DNA of 63,653 nucleotides, filler included, from Perkinsus olseni (Eukaryota): NCBI GenBank assembly GCA_013115125.1. It is 44 parts of 44 records of this genome, joined end to end, with 100 filler letters (N's around TTAATTAATTAA, not from the genome) between each part and the next. Parts side by side here need not be neighbours in the genome. Positions count along the whole stretch, not along the records: positions 23,560 to 24,917 come from JABANN010001931.1; positions 25,018 to 26,373 come from JABANN010001932.1; positions 26,474 to 27,828 come from JABANN010001933.1; positions 27,929 to 29,279 come from JABANN010001934.1; positions 29,380 to 30,730 come from JABANN010001935.1; positions 30,831 to 32,180 come from JABANN010001936.1; positions 32,281 to 33,630 come from JABANN010001937.1; positions 33,731 to 35,077 come from JABANN010001938.1; 36 more parts are not named here. One strand, 5' to 3'. Shown piece by piece: positions 24,350 to 36,247 of this stretch (position 1 is its first letter; each line of letters starts with the position of its first letter). The notes under the pieces were generated by a model. It saw only the letters and a program-made list of their open reading frames with translations, ran no database searches and was not told where the DNA came from. The position numbers and the translations under genes were made by a program.

Positions 24350-24848
24350 CGTCCTTCCCTCCCGGCAGAAGCCGCTTCCACAAGTGCGGGGGCTTTGCAC
24401 GACCACGAGACACTAGCGCATCCCGCAGTGTGTTGACCACAAGCATCATCTCCGAGACTCGAAAAGTACATACCCTGGCTTAGACTCCCTCTTACCGAAG
24501 GCTGATGACATTCTTACTGGCAGAGGTACATGAATCTAATGTCATCCCCTAGTATCATGAATCTGTCGTACATTCAAAGGTTGGCCTTTCACAGAAGTTT
24601 GCCATAGTAGTACGTCGGTTCACACAGATTGTTATTTACCCATTGGGCGAATGAATTAAAGCGGAACTCTTGGCAAGAGTTCCGCTTCTGTCCACATAGT
24701 TCGGACACAAACTTAACCGATCTGGGCTAATACAGTTGACCAGCAGGTGTTCATTGGTCTCTCTAACATTGCAATGCTATTGCAATGTTCCTATTAGTAG
24801 CAATTCTCATCACACGCGCCCGCACAGTAGCCGCTAGGTCTATATCTA
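24350..24848 (-). mobile_element. Degenerate non-LTR 3' end homologous to 17740-18160
   Basis: Shared blocks agcatcatctcc..gactcgaaaagt, tcacacagattgttattt, caagagttccgctt, accgatctgg; encodes HCNVRETNEHLLVNC. Confidence 0.75.
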
Positions 24849-24917
24849 CAGTGCGTTCGGGTTTGATATGCAAGTCGACTAAAGTGTTGTAACTCGGATA
24901 TAAACGAACATTTCACG
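24849..24917 (+). mobile_element. TIR end related to the 8899 element, inserted at TA
   Basis: TA|CAGTGCGTTCGGGTTTGATATGCAA vs TA|CAGTGCGTTCGCTTTTGATATGCAA. Confidence 0.8.
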
Positions 24918-25409
24918 NNNNNNNNNNNNNNNNNNNNNNNNNNNNNNNNNNNNNNNNNNNNTTAATTAATTAANNNNNNNNNNNNNNNNNNNNNNNNNNN
25001 NNNNNNNNNNNNNNNNNCTGCGACCTCTGTCTCGTATACAGCAGATCTCGAACGGCATCGCGGAGACACTGCGGTTCACTCAGCCCTCCCGGGCTGCTGC
25101 GACTGATGCCAGTGTAGAGCCGCTTGGGAATGCAATCCAACCCCAATGCAGGGCGTTGACTCCTTCCCGAGGCAGGCGACAATTAGTAAGCCAGTCTGAC
25201 TCCCATGCGTCCCTGTGGCCGCGTACAACGCTATGCTTTAGTGATTCAGAAGTACCCGTCTCTACTTGTTCGAATTCGGATTCTCGCCTACATTGGTCAC
25301 ACTGTATGGAGGACCTCTGTGCGTGTCCGGATAACTTGGACAAGCTTACAATGTCGATGATCTTCACTGTTAAGCCTAGCAGTTAATAACACTCTAGTTC
25401 ATAATTTCA

Positions 25410-26165
25410 ATGCCAGCTACCAGCCTGAGCTCCAAAAGTCTTTGGTTACGAGGTTGCTGCCTCTTGCTCTTCATCTACGGCGTGCAAGCTTTCACGGTCA
25501 CCTCGGCGTATCCCGAGGGTTGCCTTCTGCCTGGTTTGGGTCCCGCTGAAGGAACGAAAATCGAAGAGCTGTTAGAGGGCGCCTGCGTCTTCACTGGGAA
25601 AAGTCATCGAGGCCCGGATGGATATGACGGTGATTTCATCACGATTCGTCTCAACAGCACTGAGCCCAGGAACGACGGCTTTGTGGCGTTTAATCTTCAA
25701 ATCCGCAAGAGTGACATCCGAGAGGTTGCAGTAAGAGCCTCAGGTTTGACTTCTTTCAAGTTTGTTCATGAGGGTATTTACTTCTACCCGATTATGGCTC
25801 CCGAGGGTAGACGTGTCACTGACCGTAAGCAGACGCTCGATCCAGATGTTGTAGCTACCTATTTCGATTTTCCTGGCTGGCTAAATATCTTCTATCCCGA
25901 CGCTCCATGGCCGTCTTGGCAGATTACAACTCCAGAATATCCTATCAAGGGGTATCTCAACCCCAATGGTTTTTACCTCTTCGGCTCGACGACGACCATG
26001 AGCCACTCTCTCAAGGTCACGACCTCCCAGGCAGTATCCATAAATAAGACGGACGAAGGTTGGATGTTCGATATCTCTTTTGAAGCGAAGATCCAGGACT
26101 ATATTGGAAAGTACCCAGATGTGAACGTTGCGGGTACTCTCGCTAAAGGCGTAGTGCCAGTATGA
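25410..26165 (+). CDS. Complete intronless 251-aa putative secreted protein, function unknown
   Basis: ATG to TGA; hydrophobic N-terminal segment ending VQA-F. Confidence 0.75.
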   Translation: MPATSLSSKSLWLRGCCLLLFIYGVQAFTVTSAYPEGCLLPGLGPAEGTKIEELLEGACVFTGKSHRGPDGYDGDFITIRLNSTEPRNDGFVAFNLQIRKSDIREVAVRASGLTSFKFVHEGIYFYPIMAPEGRRVTDRKQTLDPDVVATYFDFPGWLNIFYPDAPWPSWQITTPEYPIKGYLNPNGFYLFGSTTTMSHSLKVTTSQAVSINKTDEGWMFDISFEAKIQDYIGKYPDVNVAGTLAKGVVPV

Positions 26166-26498
26166 TTCGAGCGAACATCGCTCACCCTCTCTTCTACCGC
26201 ATTCGGCGCGCCCCGTGGCGTGTACTTCTTTTCGAGACTTTTTCATTTCGTTAAGGAAGTCATTGCGTTGTGATATTGCCTTTACCATAGAATTGACAAC
26301 CTCAACCTTCGAGAAGACAAGCCCTGTGAGCGGGCCAATTTCGACAGAACGCTGGGCGCGCCTCGTCTCCTCGNNNNNNNNNNNNNNNNNNNNNNNNNNN
26401 NNNNNNNNNNNNNNNNNTTAATTAATTAANNNNNNNNNNNNNNNNNNNNNNNNNNNNNNNNNNNNNNNNNNNNTGCCTCAACTCTTCCTTACATATTC

Positions 26499-27828
26499 AT
26501 GGCTGACACAGAGGGTGTACTCGGCCCTCTTCCCCAGTGGCCTCCTCGTGGGTCTGCTGGCTCTACCTCTGTTGTGCAAGATTGGCCTAGAAAGGATAGG
26601 GTCCCTTCGGGCATCCCTCCCCCAAAGGCCAAAATTAATACGGAATATTACAGTCTAAACGTTGGAATTAATAGAGAAAATAAAAATAAAAATAGTGATA
26701 GTAATGCAAACAGTGATTCTAGACCTTCCGGATTCGGTTCTAGGGTTCGTTCAGCTAGTCAACCAGTAGAGGGTGTGTTGGCTCAAGGGTTAAACGGATC
26801 TGGAGGATCCCAAGATATCCTGCCTCCGGGCAGGTATGATCATGTCCACAGCGGTGGTTTCCGGGTACCGTCTTTACTGTCTCCTACGTCGGGTATTGAT
26901 CATCCCCGACACGGGAGGGATGGACTTCCTCCCAGGATTATCACTGATGAAGTGGGCAATAATGGTGGAAGGAATGGTCATTCATCTCCATCTGCAGAAG
27001 ATGAAAGAAGGTACGAACCTGCCGACCGCCAAAGGGATACTGATGGCTATGGTTATTATGATCGTGGAGCAGACCGTTATTATGATGATAGGCGTGGGGA
27101 GCCAAAGAAAGGAAGAGATTATAGTTGCTCCAGGGGTCGTAGCAGGTATCGTCGTAGTCCTTCAGGATCAAGTTCCTCAAGTGATCGAACCTCCTCCGAC
27201 CGCAGTGGCTATGGTGGGCACCTCACTGGCGGCACACGTTATCGCCCAGCCAAGCGTATGACTGGCACCACTAGAGGTTGTCTGGCCTGCGGAGGAAATG
27301 GTTGTGGAAAAAATAGGTTGACGATGAAGGAGTTCGACACTGCTGAACAGTTGGCTATTAAGTTGAAACCACAACAAAGGTTTCAAGGGGAACAGGATAG
27401 AAGATCCGGGACTACATGGTTGGAAGAGATGGAGAAGAAAACTGAAGGCCATCCTGAGGTTATCAAGTATCTATGGTTAAAGCATCACTCCGAGCCTAGG
27501 GTATGGGATCGTGTGACCAATAAACAAGTATGCCCTTCCCATTGTTATGAATCCTATGCTTATTGTCTGAGGATTATTAAGGGTCGTTATCGTCAGAAGT
27601 ATGATACTGATGAGCACCTGCAGAAGGCTGAGAGCCAGTTTAATAACTGTACGCAGGGACGAGATACCGTTCCAGAGTTCATTGATAGGCTCGAGGTTTT
27701 GGCAAACGAACTGTGCCACCTCGGTGCTGCTCCTTTAGAGTATACTTTAAAGTGGCGCCTGTTCACTGGCCTGTCTGACGACAAGGTTCGTGATAAGGTG
27801 GATAATTACGTTGCTAAAAGTAGCTACA
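26499..27828 (+). mobile_element. LTR retrotransposon gag (disordered RS/RD-rich N-terminus + Retrotrans_gag-like domain)
   Basis: RFQGEQD..WLEEM; QFNNCTQGRDTVPEFIDRLEVLA...LFTGL capsid motif. Confidence 0.8.
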
Positions 27829-27928
27829 NNNNNNNNNNNNNNNNNNNNNNNNNNNNNNNNNNNNNNNNNNNNTTAATTAATTAANNNNNNNNNNNNNNNN
27901 NNNNNNNNNNNNNNNNNNNNNNNNNNNN

Positions 27929-28912
27929 GCTCTCGCTATCACTGCTTGGAGCCGTTTCGCGAGAGCTTCGACTTCGCTGATCGACGATGGTTCAAACGAC
28001 GATCCCATTTTGTGTATTTCAGCTTCGAAGTTGAGCCAGTCTGTGTTATTGGCGTAACGCCGTTGCCGACGGAGGCGTCCGCCGCAAAATTTGCGGTCGG
28101 CCGCAGGTGAGTCATCTCCCCAGTGTACATCCCATAGGAGGGCGCAGTGGTCTGATACAAAGCTAGGAAGGGCTATAGCAGCGGACGAGCGAATGCTGGC
28201 CGAGACACACGCCGCATCTATCCAGCTGACATCCCCGCGCGCGTTCTGAAAGGATGGAGTCTCTTTGTTACCATTGACCACATCCAGATCCCATCTGCTG
28301 AGGAAAAGCTCGACAGTCTCACCTCTGTCGCGTATGCGAGACGGTACTTGGCTAGCCTTAGAGTGCCACAGAGCAGAGGCCGAGTTGGTATCAGCCCCTA
28401 CTATAATACCTTCAGATCTACGAGAGAGCAGGGCCTCCTGCGATATGCGTTCTAAAATTTCCACCGGCTCATTATCTACTGGGATGTAAAGCGAGATGCA
28501 TGTAACCCATTTTTCCTCGAAGAGGACGTCGAGGGCTACGAAGTCAACACCTCTGACTATAGCCTTAACGGGGATCTCAGGCGGCACCAGTATCGCAGCT
28601 CGGGGCCGCGATCCTTGAGCCCCGGACCGCCCCGGTACCTTTACCTAAGGACCTAACTACGGTAAAACCGGCCCAGTGGTCCCTTAAAGCCCATGGGGGC
28701 TCCTGTAGAAGGACAACTGTATTCCCAAGGTCTACATTTGATCGCAGATCCTCGAGCGCTGCGATTGATTTACAAGAATTGAAAGATGTTAATTTCATTT
28801 TCGAGGGAATGGTACACTTTTGATAATCGGAATCCGCGTAAACTTCAATATCGGGAATGCAGCTCGAATTAGGTTCGGGGCGGCCTCTGGGGCCGCCCTC
28901 TTCCCGGGCCAT
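27929..28912 (-). mobile_element. Non-LTR ORF2 apurinic-like endonuclease domain, frameshifted near 28580-28620
   Basis: SFNS, LLQEP, SLYIP, GADTNS..LW, SWID, SDH in APE order. Confidence 0.88.
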
Positions 28913-29279
28913 TACTGAAGGCCGCCACCCACACCTGGGGTAGCGGCTTCGAGGGTGGGCACCATGTCCCGCGAGTCGGTCTCCATAGCAGTCGGAGCAC
29001 TCTCGGCTGCTGGAGCCGGGCTGGTTACTACATTTCTGGCAGCTTGGGAGGCCAGAGACTCACACTTCATGAACTCCTGGGCGCTGTGCCCCGAGAGGCC
29101 ACACACCGTGCAGCTCCTCCCTTCCCAATCTCGAGGGCGGTCACATCGCTGAACGGTGTGCCCCTTGTCCCCGCATTCAATACAGCATATTCCCCCTTGA
29201 CACGGCGAGGATGCCGGGTGATGCTTACCACACTGGTTACACAGCCTTTTGAACTGATGTTCTACCACTTTCGCGGAGC
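28912..29279 (-). mobile_element. Non-LTR ORF1 C-terminus with three Cys/His knuckles
   Basis: CNQCGKHHPASSPC, CIECGDKGHTVQRC, CTVCGLSGHSAQEFMKC. Confidence 0.85.
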
Positions 29280-29710
29280 NNNNNNNNNNNNNNNNNNNNN
29301 NNNNNNNNNNNNNNNNNNNNNNNTTAATTAATTAANNNNNNNNNNNNNNNNNNNNNNNNNNNNNNNNNNNNNNNNNNNNTGCTACACTTACCGCTGCTAC
29401 TGTTACCTTGCGTCGTACACTAGAGCCTTCCCTTGTCACTTAGGTGCGGGGCTCTTTCCTCCTCCATAACCCTAGGATAGAGCTCGTCATCAAAGCTTTA
29501 CCGACATCAGCGGGAGTGCTGCTGCAAGAGCGGTGGGTTCGAATTTCACAGGGACTCGTCGTAAACGGCGGGCTGCTGGACCGGTAGGGGCAGACTCTCG
29601 TGAGGAGGCCCGAAGAGAATGTCAAGATTGGGCAGACCTCACAAATCTTCCGATACTTCCAGGACAGGAAGGCGAGATAGGCGAGTCCGCGGGATGCTCC
29701 TTGGTCGGCG

Positions 29711-29762
<52 letters not shown>

Positions 29763-30173
29763 ATGAAAGAGTGGTACAGTAGCGTGGACCTGGATTACAT
29801 CGCAACGCGGGGTAAGTGGTATAGAGGGAACTTATGAAAGATGGGACAGAGGAGACAGACTAGACTGCGAGTTTTCTCACTATACCATCTCGACCACCCG
29901 CTTCATCACAACAAAACCGTTTAACACGAGAGGGTTCATCACGAAACATATCAGAAGACGTTTTTTGTTAGACTGAAAATTTTAAGGTTTAAGGACGGCA
30001 TCTCCGAGGGTCAACGAGCGTAGCGATTGTTGTATTTCGTGTACAGTAAGAAAGATCAGTGGCTTCCAATCACATACTGTTGTTGTTCGGGAGAGTCCAG
30101 GTGGCTGGGGCCTCAGCCTGGGGGTGAAGTCCACGCTGCTCACGCTCTAGGGGTTTGCAACACCCTTTCCGAC

Positions 30174-30730
30174 ATGCCGGCCAAGGTGGTGGTGGTGGTG
30201 GTGGTGGACCTCGATGAGTATGATGATGGTGTATCAGCAGTCGAGGAGGAGCTGCAGTCGATCGAAATAGCGATAGATGAGCCGCGTGCCAGGAGGGACG
30301 TGAGTTCGGAACTACCAACAGTTCTAGTCGTCGATAAAGCTTCCCTTATACATCGTGTTGCACACGGTACGATACCGTCACCGTCATCACTCGTCGCCTT
30401 CCTCATCACGCCGTGTCTCTAATAATGGCTGTCACATAGTGCCTTCTAGCGCCGCCGGATGGTTATACGCTGGTCTGGTAGGTGCTTCGGTACAAACTAG
30501 CAAGTCTACGTTCTTCGGACCTGAGGTCCACTTCGTCTCCATCCTCACCCGAATGGAGCGACTCGGGCTACCCCTGGGACGCCAAGCTTCGCGCTGCTGC
30601 TAGGGAGTGGGCAACCGCTGCCCGGCAACGGATGCATCTCCCTTGTTCTGACTGCTCTGGCGTGCCGAGGGCAAATAAGACTTGACAGGTACTTCGGCGT
30701 TACGAACTTCCGTGAGACCCAGCTGAGCAT
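30174..30730 (+). CDS. RECQL: RecQ1-like helicase, 5' exons 30174-30299, 30482-30606, 30689-contig end
   Basis: Spliced: coiled coil AVEEELQSIEIAID..., then EWSDSGYPWDAKLRAAAREYFGVTNFRETQLS, matching RECQ1 motif 0 (W..dFPW...F....FR..QL); GT-AG introns keep the frame. Confidence 0.78.
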
Positions 30731-30830
30731 NNNNNNNNNNNNNNNNNNNNNNNNNNNNNNNNNNNNNNNNNNNNTTAATTAATTAANNNNNNNNNNNNNN
30801 NNNNNNNNNNNNNNNNNNNNNNNNNNNNNN

Positions 30831-32180
30831 GGCCCTAGGCTGGCGACGAGCCTCATCTTAATAGCGGCCTCTGCCGTCTTTCCCAGACAGCTCATCAAGG
30901 CTACGGGTCGCCAGGCCTTTGAGCCAGTTTTTCCGTTGTTTTTATATATCATGCAGAGGTCTGACCGTTTAAATATCCTTGGAAAGTGTCCTAGGTTAAG
31001 GATGGCAGTTACCATCTTCCTAAAAGCTGGCTTGAACCAAGAAGAATATTTGGATGCATACTGGATATGCTCATTGAAAATCTGATCCCAGCCGCAGGAT
31101 TTCCTGGTAGCTAGGCTCGACAGTACTGGTTCAATGTCCTGGTCGGTGATCTCGCCGCCCAGGTCATCGAGCAAGGTTTGTGGTGGATCCGGGTTCACGG
31201 CCACAGGAGATGGTGGGCACTCTTCATTGAGTCCAAAGAAGTGGTCTAGTATTTCAGCACTATCGTACGTGGCAAGACAAGGAGGCCTCGTCTTGAAGCG
31301 CTTGTGCATGCCAGTTTCGTCCATGGATAGCAGGTCTCTCTCGACAGAGTCGAGTTTGGCCTTCTTGACGGCATTGAAGTACTTCCGTTTTAGTTTCTTC
31401 ACATGGTCTGTCTCTGCTTGACATGTGTGTCTGTCACGGTTCTCTCTGTTCCGGCTTCTGATTGAGGCCCTGAATGAGTGATATTCTTTACGGAGTTTGT
31501 CAAGGCCTTTATGCCACCATGACGGGCGGCTACGTTTGCCATCAGTCTGACCTGGGTGAGCTCTAGGTGTGGATCTAATCACAGCTAGACTCAATCGTTC
31601 ATCAAGGAGTCTCGCATAGGTGTCAAGGTTCTCTTTACTGGATAGGTCAAGGGCAGGTTCAGGTTTGGAGTCAAGTACTTGAAGAAATTTGGGCCAGTTT
31701 GTGCGTGATGGGTACCTTCTACCTCTGTGTACTTTACCCTCTGTTCCAGTGTCTATTACTGGAACTGATGCCACCAAAGCAAGATGATCGCCAGAAGTGG
31801 GTGACAGGCTATATGTCACGTCCTCTAGGTCCCGCGTCGCTAGTACATCGATGTATGAGTCACCGAGGTGACTCTGAAACGTGGGCTCACAAGGTCTGAA
31901 GACATTGAACCCCTCGTGTAGCAGTAGATCTTCAAGTGGAGCTCCTCGTCTCGATCGGGGATCTCCGTCTGGGAGAGGGGATGGCGACCACAGAGGCGAG
32001 TGAGCATTGCTGTCACCAGCTATGACTGCCGCCTCACTATCCTCTAGGAGTGCTGCAACGTCTAGAATTGTTTCGTTGCTGGGAAGTAGCTTATCTGCAT
32101 AAAAGCAGAGAATTCGCAGCTTGGCTGGTGGGCCATTGGGTCGTGGGAGAAGTATATCAACTGACACTATATCTGGGCAC
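30831..32180 (-). mobile_element. Non-LTR ORF2 (APE C-terminal part, linker, start of RT)
   Basis: AGDSNAHSPLW, SYID, GDH, PSWW, KSCGWDQI, GHFPRIFK, WRPVALMSCLGKTAE. Confidence 0.92.
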
Positions 32181-32280
32181 NNNNNNNNNNNNNNNNNNNN
32201 NNNNNNNNNNNNNNNNNNNNNNNNTTAATTAATTAANNNNNNNNNNNNNNNNNNNNNNNNNNNNNNNNNNNNNNNNNNNN

Positions 32281-33602
32281 GTGAGTGGCTTAGGGGGGTG
32301 AACGTGACCGTTTCATGAAAAAACGGGCGAGCGACTTTTTTGGTCACCTACTCGTGATGCCGAGTGCTGTGATATGAGTCATATCAGTCATATCATATGA
32401 CTGTGCGCTAGTTTCCACGAGCCCAACACCCCCTATCACTAACTACTTCCCTCATGAACACAACAGTTACACTATAGGGGATACAACCAGTATTACACAC
32501 GATTTCGGGGGTATTTCCCAGACTTACTGGGCTGCGAAGCCTCGCCAGCTTGTGACAATGCAGGTGCCGGGCCCTATGCTTTCTCTTAACCTTCCTCAGC
32601 TGTTCGATTTCTGCCAGAGTTTTACCTTCCACATAGAGCTTCAAGTACTCTCTGGCAGAGCGAAAATGCTTGCCGATCGGGCTCCGGGTCTTGGGGTGCT
32701 GTCCCCGCCTGCCACCTGCAAATTGCCCAGCTATCTCATATTCCCTGCTCCACAGCCCAACCGTGGTGGAACTGAAGCCGAGCATATCTCCGACGCGCTG
32801 CTCCACTGAGGCTCTGTCATCATGGTCACCAGGTCCGTAGAGCTGCTTCAAGACGAAGTAAGACGCCAACCGCTTCTTCATATCCATAGACAGATCGTCA
32901 AGAGGATTATCTTCTGCTAGCTGCTCGTTGATCGCCTTGAGATGGGCCTCGGCTTCATCTACCTTCTTCTGTCTCCTGGCCTTCTCGGCGTCGCTAATCC
33001 GGTAGCTTCCTTTCCTGGCCCTGCCAATGGGCTGCGACGGCGAACTCGGCTCTGACTTAGGCTTGGGAATCGGGTTGCCAACAGCTGCTCGCAGTTGGCG
33101 AGCGCTCAGAGGCTGTGACCTTGTGTGATAACCATGAACATGGGGTGGATGGTCTTCAGTAGCCGAGCTATTTGCGGTACTCTGATTCTCATGGAGTCGA
33201 TGAGCGTCGACGGGGGGCCCTTGATTGCGCGATGCTTCGCGCAGCATCTCTTTGCCTCCTAGAGAGCATCTCTCCAGCATCCGAAGCCGTCCCAGTAGTT
33301 GCAGTACTGCTCTGGGTCACTGGTAGCTCCTGTGCGTCGGCCTCTGGCACATCCAGGTGGTTATTGCCGCTTTTCGATGGTTGCTGGGACATGATTGGGA
33401 TAAATTTTGTTTGTTATATCCGTGGTATGCATCTTGATGCTAGACGATTGTGTCTGTCTCTCATATAGGCGCAAGATACGGCTCAGTTTGTCGTTTTCGT
33501 CGCAAGGCATCACGAGTAGCCTACTCGGAGTAGGTGACCAAAAAAGTCGCTCGCCCGTTTTTTCATGAAACGGTCACGTTCACCCCCCTAAGCCACTCAC
33601 CG
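32281..33602 (-). mobile_element. Internally deleted IS630/Tc1/mariner-like DNA transposon with perfect TIRs of at least 73 bp
   Basis: 32281-32353 is the exact reverse complement of 33528-33600; right end followed by CG|TA; ORF 32408-33280 has an HTH-like segment and RRGQHPK joined directly to a C-terminal YxxG..KHR segment, no DDE core. Confidence 0.85.
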
Positions 33603-35177
33603 TAGCTGAAAGTGTATACATGCAAAATTTNNNNNNNNNNNNNNNNNNNNNNNNNNNNNNNNNNNNNNNNNNNNTTAATTAATTAANNNNNNNNNNNNNN
33701 NNNNNNNNNNNNNNNNNNNNNNNNNNNNNNGCTGAGACCTTCTCAAAAGGTTTGAGGTCATTCCTTAGAGAAAGGAGGCTAGAGACCTACGCTCCTAGGC
33801 TCCCAAGCCTCAAGGAGAGGTTTCCTTCTCAGGAAACTCATGATTGTTCCTTCAGTAGCAGCTTTTGAGTCATTGGGCCAATCTCTCGCATGCCATGCAT
33901 CGCTTGAAACTATGCTCATACATCGTGTTGTACATGGACATGTAGCATCGTACATTTCCTTCGGCTATAAACAAAAAGGGCACCGGCCGGCACGCCAGTT
34001 CCACACAAAAGTGGTCTTCATGAACATCTTCCAAGGGCCAGTGGCTGCGGTCTCCCCACTGAAGCTGCTGCGCCAGATGTATCCGTTCTGTACCCACAAA
34101 TTCCGGCGGAATCATTCCGCGCGTCACAGAGTGTCCAATGGACACTGTCCATTTGGCTGTTGACTCTGAGAGCCCCGCAGGATAGCCCGGCTATCATAGC
34201 CGACCCGAAATGGCCAGAAACGCAACTCTGTTCTGCAATAGATGAACGGCATCATGTTACAAGATACATGTCTTGCTCATTTTGTGTCGCCTGCCATTAA
34301 TGACATAATAGCGGCAGGAGCATTCCGGAATCCTACCGAGTCTCGGAAAAACTCGTAGTGTTCCACGAGAGCTCTCCTCACACCCGACCGCTCGCCCTCA
34401 CCCGAGCACATATCCAGTGCGAACTCCTTGTCTTTTGCGGATGGGAGCTTGGCTATGAGACCACATACAAGATGCCAGATGCGACACTCTTCGTGACCTA
34501 CTGCCAGTAGGCTACTGGTCAAGTTTAAACGGCAGACTGAGCAAGGCCTACTCAGAGCACGCAGAGGGTTGCCGATGTCGTCAATCAGCTCGTAGGTTCA
34601 ACCTACGAGCAGGGTAGGTCAGTTTTCACGAGCTGATCGGGTACTTCATATACTCCTCCATTGGTCTATCAATGTTCATTAGTGGACTATTACGGTAAGC
34701 ACCGAAATTAGTACAGGTGTGAAGCTGTGAGGTGTCGGCTGGTGTGGACAGTGCTGGCAGTACTGGTGGTGGAATATGCGTATTGAGGCTAATTGACTCT
34801 AGCTCCCTGAGTGACAATGTTCAGTGAACAGTGTCCAGTGGAAACTGTTCACTATTACTATCCTCGGGAAGCTTCGCTTTTCAGGGGGGAATGGAAGCCT
34901 TGGATCCGCCCTTGTCCTAAACGTCGAGGTGAGCAGAGAGTCATTTGCTCCGTTTTCAACTTGAGAGCATTCTACGCTCGTGCAAGCGCTTCGATGCGGC
35001 GCCGCCGGTTCGCATGCTGGATCTCCCAGGTTTTGTCGAAGTGCTTATCGCGGCAATCTTAACTTCATGCGCCCTGGNNNNNNNNNNNNNNNNNNNNNNN
35101 NNNNNNNNNNNNNNNNNNNNNTTAATTAATTAANNNNNNNNNNNNNNNNNNNNNNNNNNNNNNNNNNNNNNNNNNNN

Positions 35178-35700
35178 ATGCCAAGTCAGTCATGACGAGC
35201 GTAGCCACAATACGGTCGGAGCTAGCATCGTCCACATTGACATAGGGTAAGTAGATATCACATGCCTTAACTTGTTCCGAGCGTAGATCAGCTACGTGGT
35301 GGAAGCGAGCACTAGAGTTAAACTGTCTGGCCGCATTGCTCTTGAGGCATGGAATACATTCCTTGAGCGCTCTATACACAGTACGGCGTTGTCAAGGCCA
35401 ACAAAAATGGTCCGAAGACGAATAGTAAGCCTCTGAGGATCTAGGTGGTGCCATTCCAGATGACGTGTGATGATGATCCCATGGATGAGGTCCCGAGAGT
35501 GGCTAGAGATGACCCTCTGACCGTCCGAGTCTGAAGGACCGAAGTTCAATCCGGCCGTTTACGTACGATCTTGAAGTGTCTACAATCACCGTCCAACTCG
35601 AAGGTGGAGGCTTGCCGTTTGAGTCTGGTCGGATGCATACCTTCAGTGATACGACCATCCTCAAGGTAGGAGTGGATAGCATCATAATAACCATCGTTTT
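35178..35700 (-). pseudogene. Degenerate LTR integrase fragment
   Basis: HLEWHH..[frameshift]..ECIPCLK, then CDIY and LVMTDLA (start of rve core). Confidence 0.6.
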
Positions 35701-36247
35701 GATACATTCGGCGATGGTACTATGATTAGTGTCCTACCTGACGCTGTCAGAGTGGAAAGACCAACGGTGGTGGATGATCTCTCAAAGGTGGTGGCAGGGG
35801 CCTTGCTTCAGGGGCTGTGGCGCATAGGGCGGCAACATCGTCGTGATACGTCGTCCTATACATTAAAGAACCTTAAGGCCTTGAGCGGCGGCTATTGTGC
35901 TTGCGTGCGGCTCCTGTAGTGTACGTGCGCACAAACTGCGTCGTGCGCCACATGACGTGTGTACGAAATGGCGTACGGAGCCTCGTTCCTGACATCTCAT
36001 GACGTTGAGCAGAGTGGACGTCACGTCGAAGATCCGTACGCTGTGTCGATGTTCCCCATGTACGTGGAGCGTCGGATCTGAGTGCCCACTCCGCCCGCGT
36101 GCGTCTGCCCCCACGAGGAAAGAGACACGCCTGACTGTGTTCGAACGCGAGTCGTGACGTATTGAAAAGCTATGCGTAGTAGTGTCGAATCGCTGCGAAG
36201 TCATAATGTTATGGAGAGGGCCCATGATGATGGTTAAGCATAACCGG

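Noticed and set aside
26778-26788. TTGGCTCAAG as a spliced-leader relic
   Set aside because: Only the last ~10 nt match and it lies inside gag; no full SL sequence seen in the window
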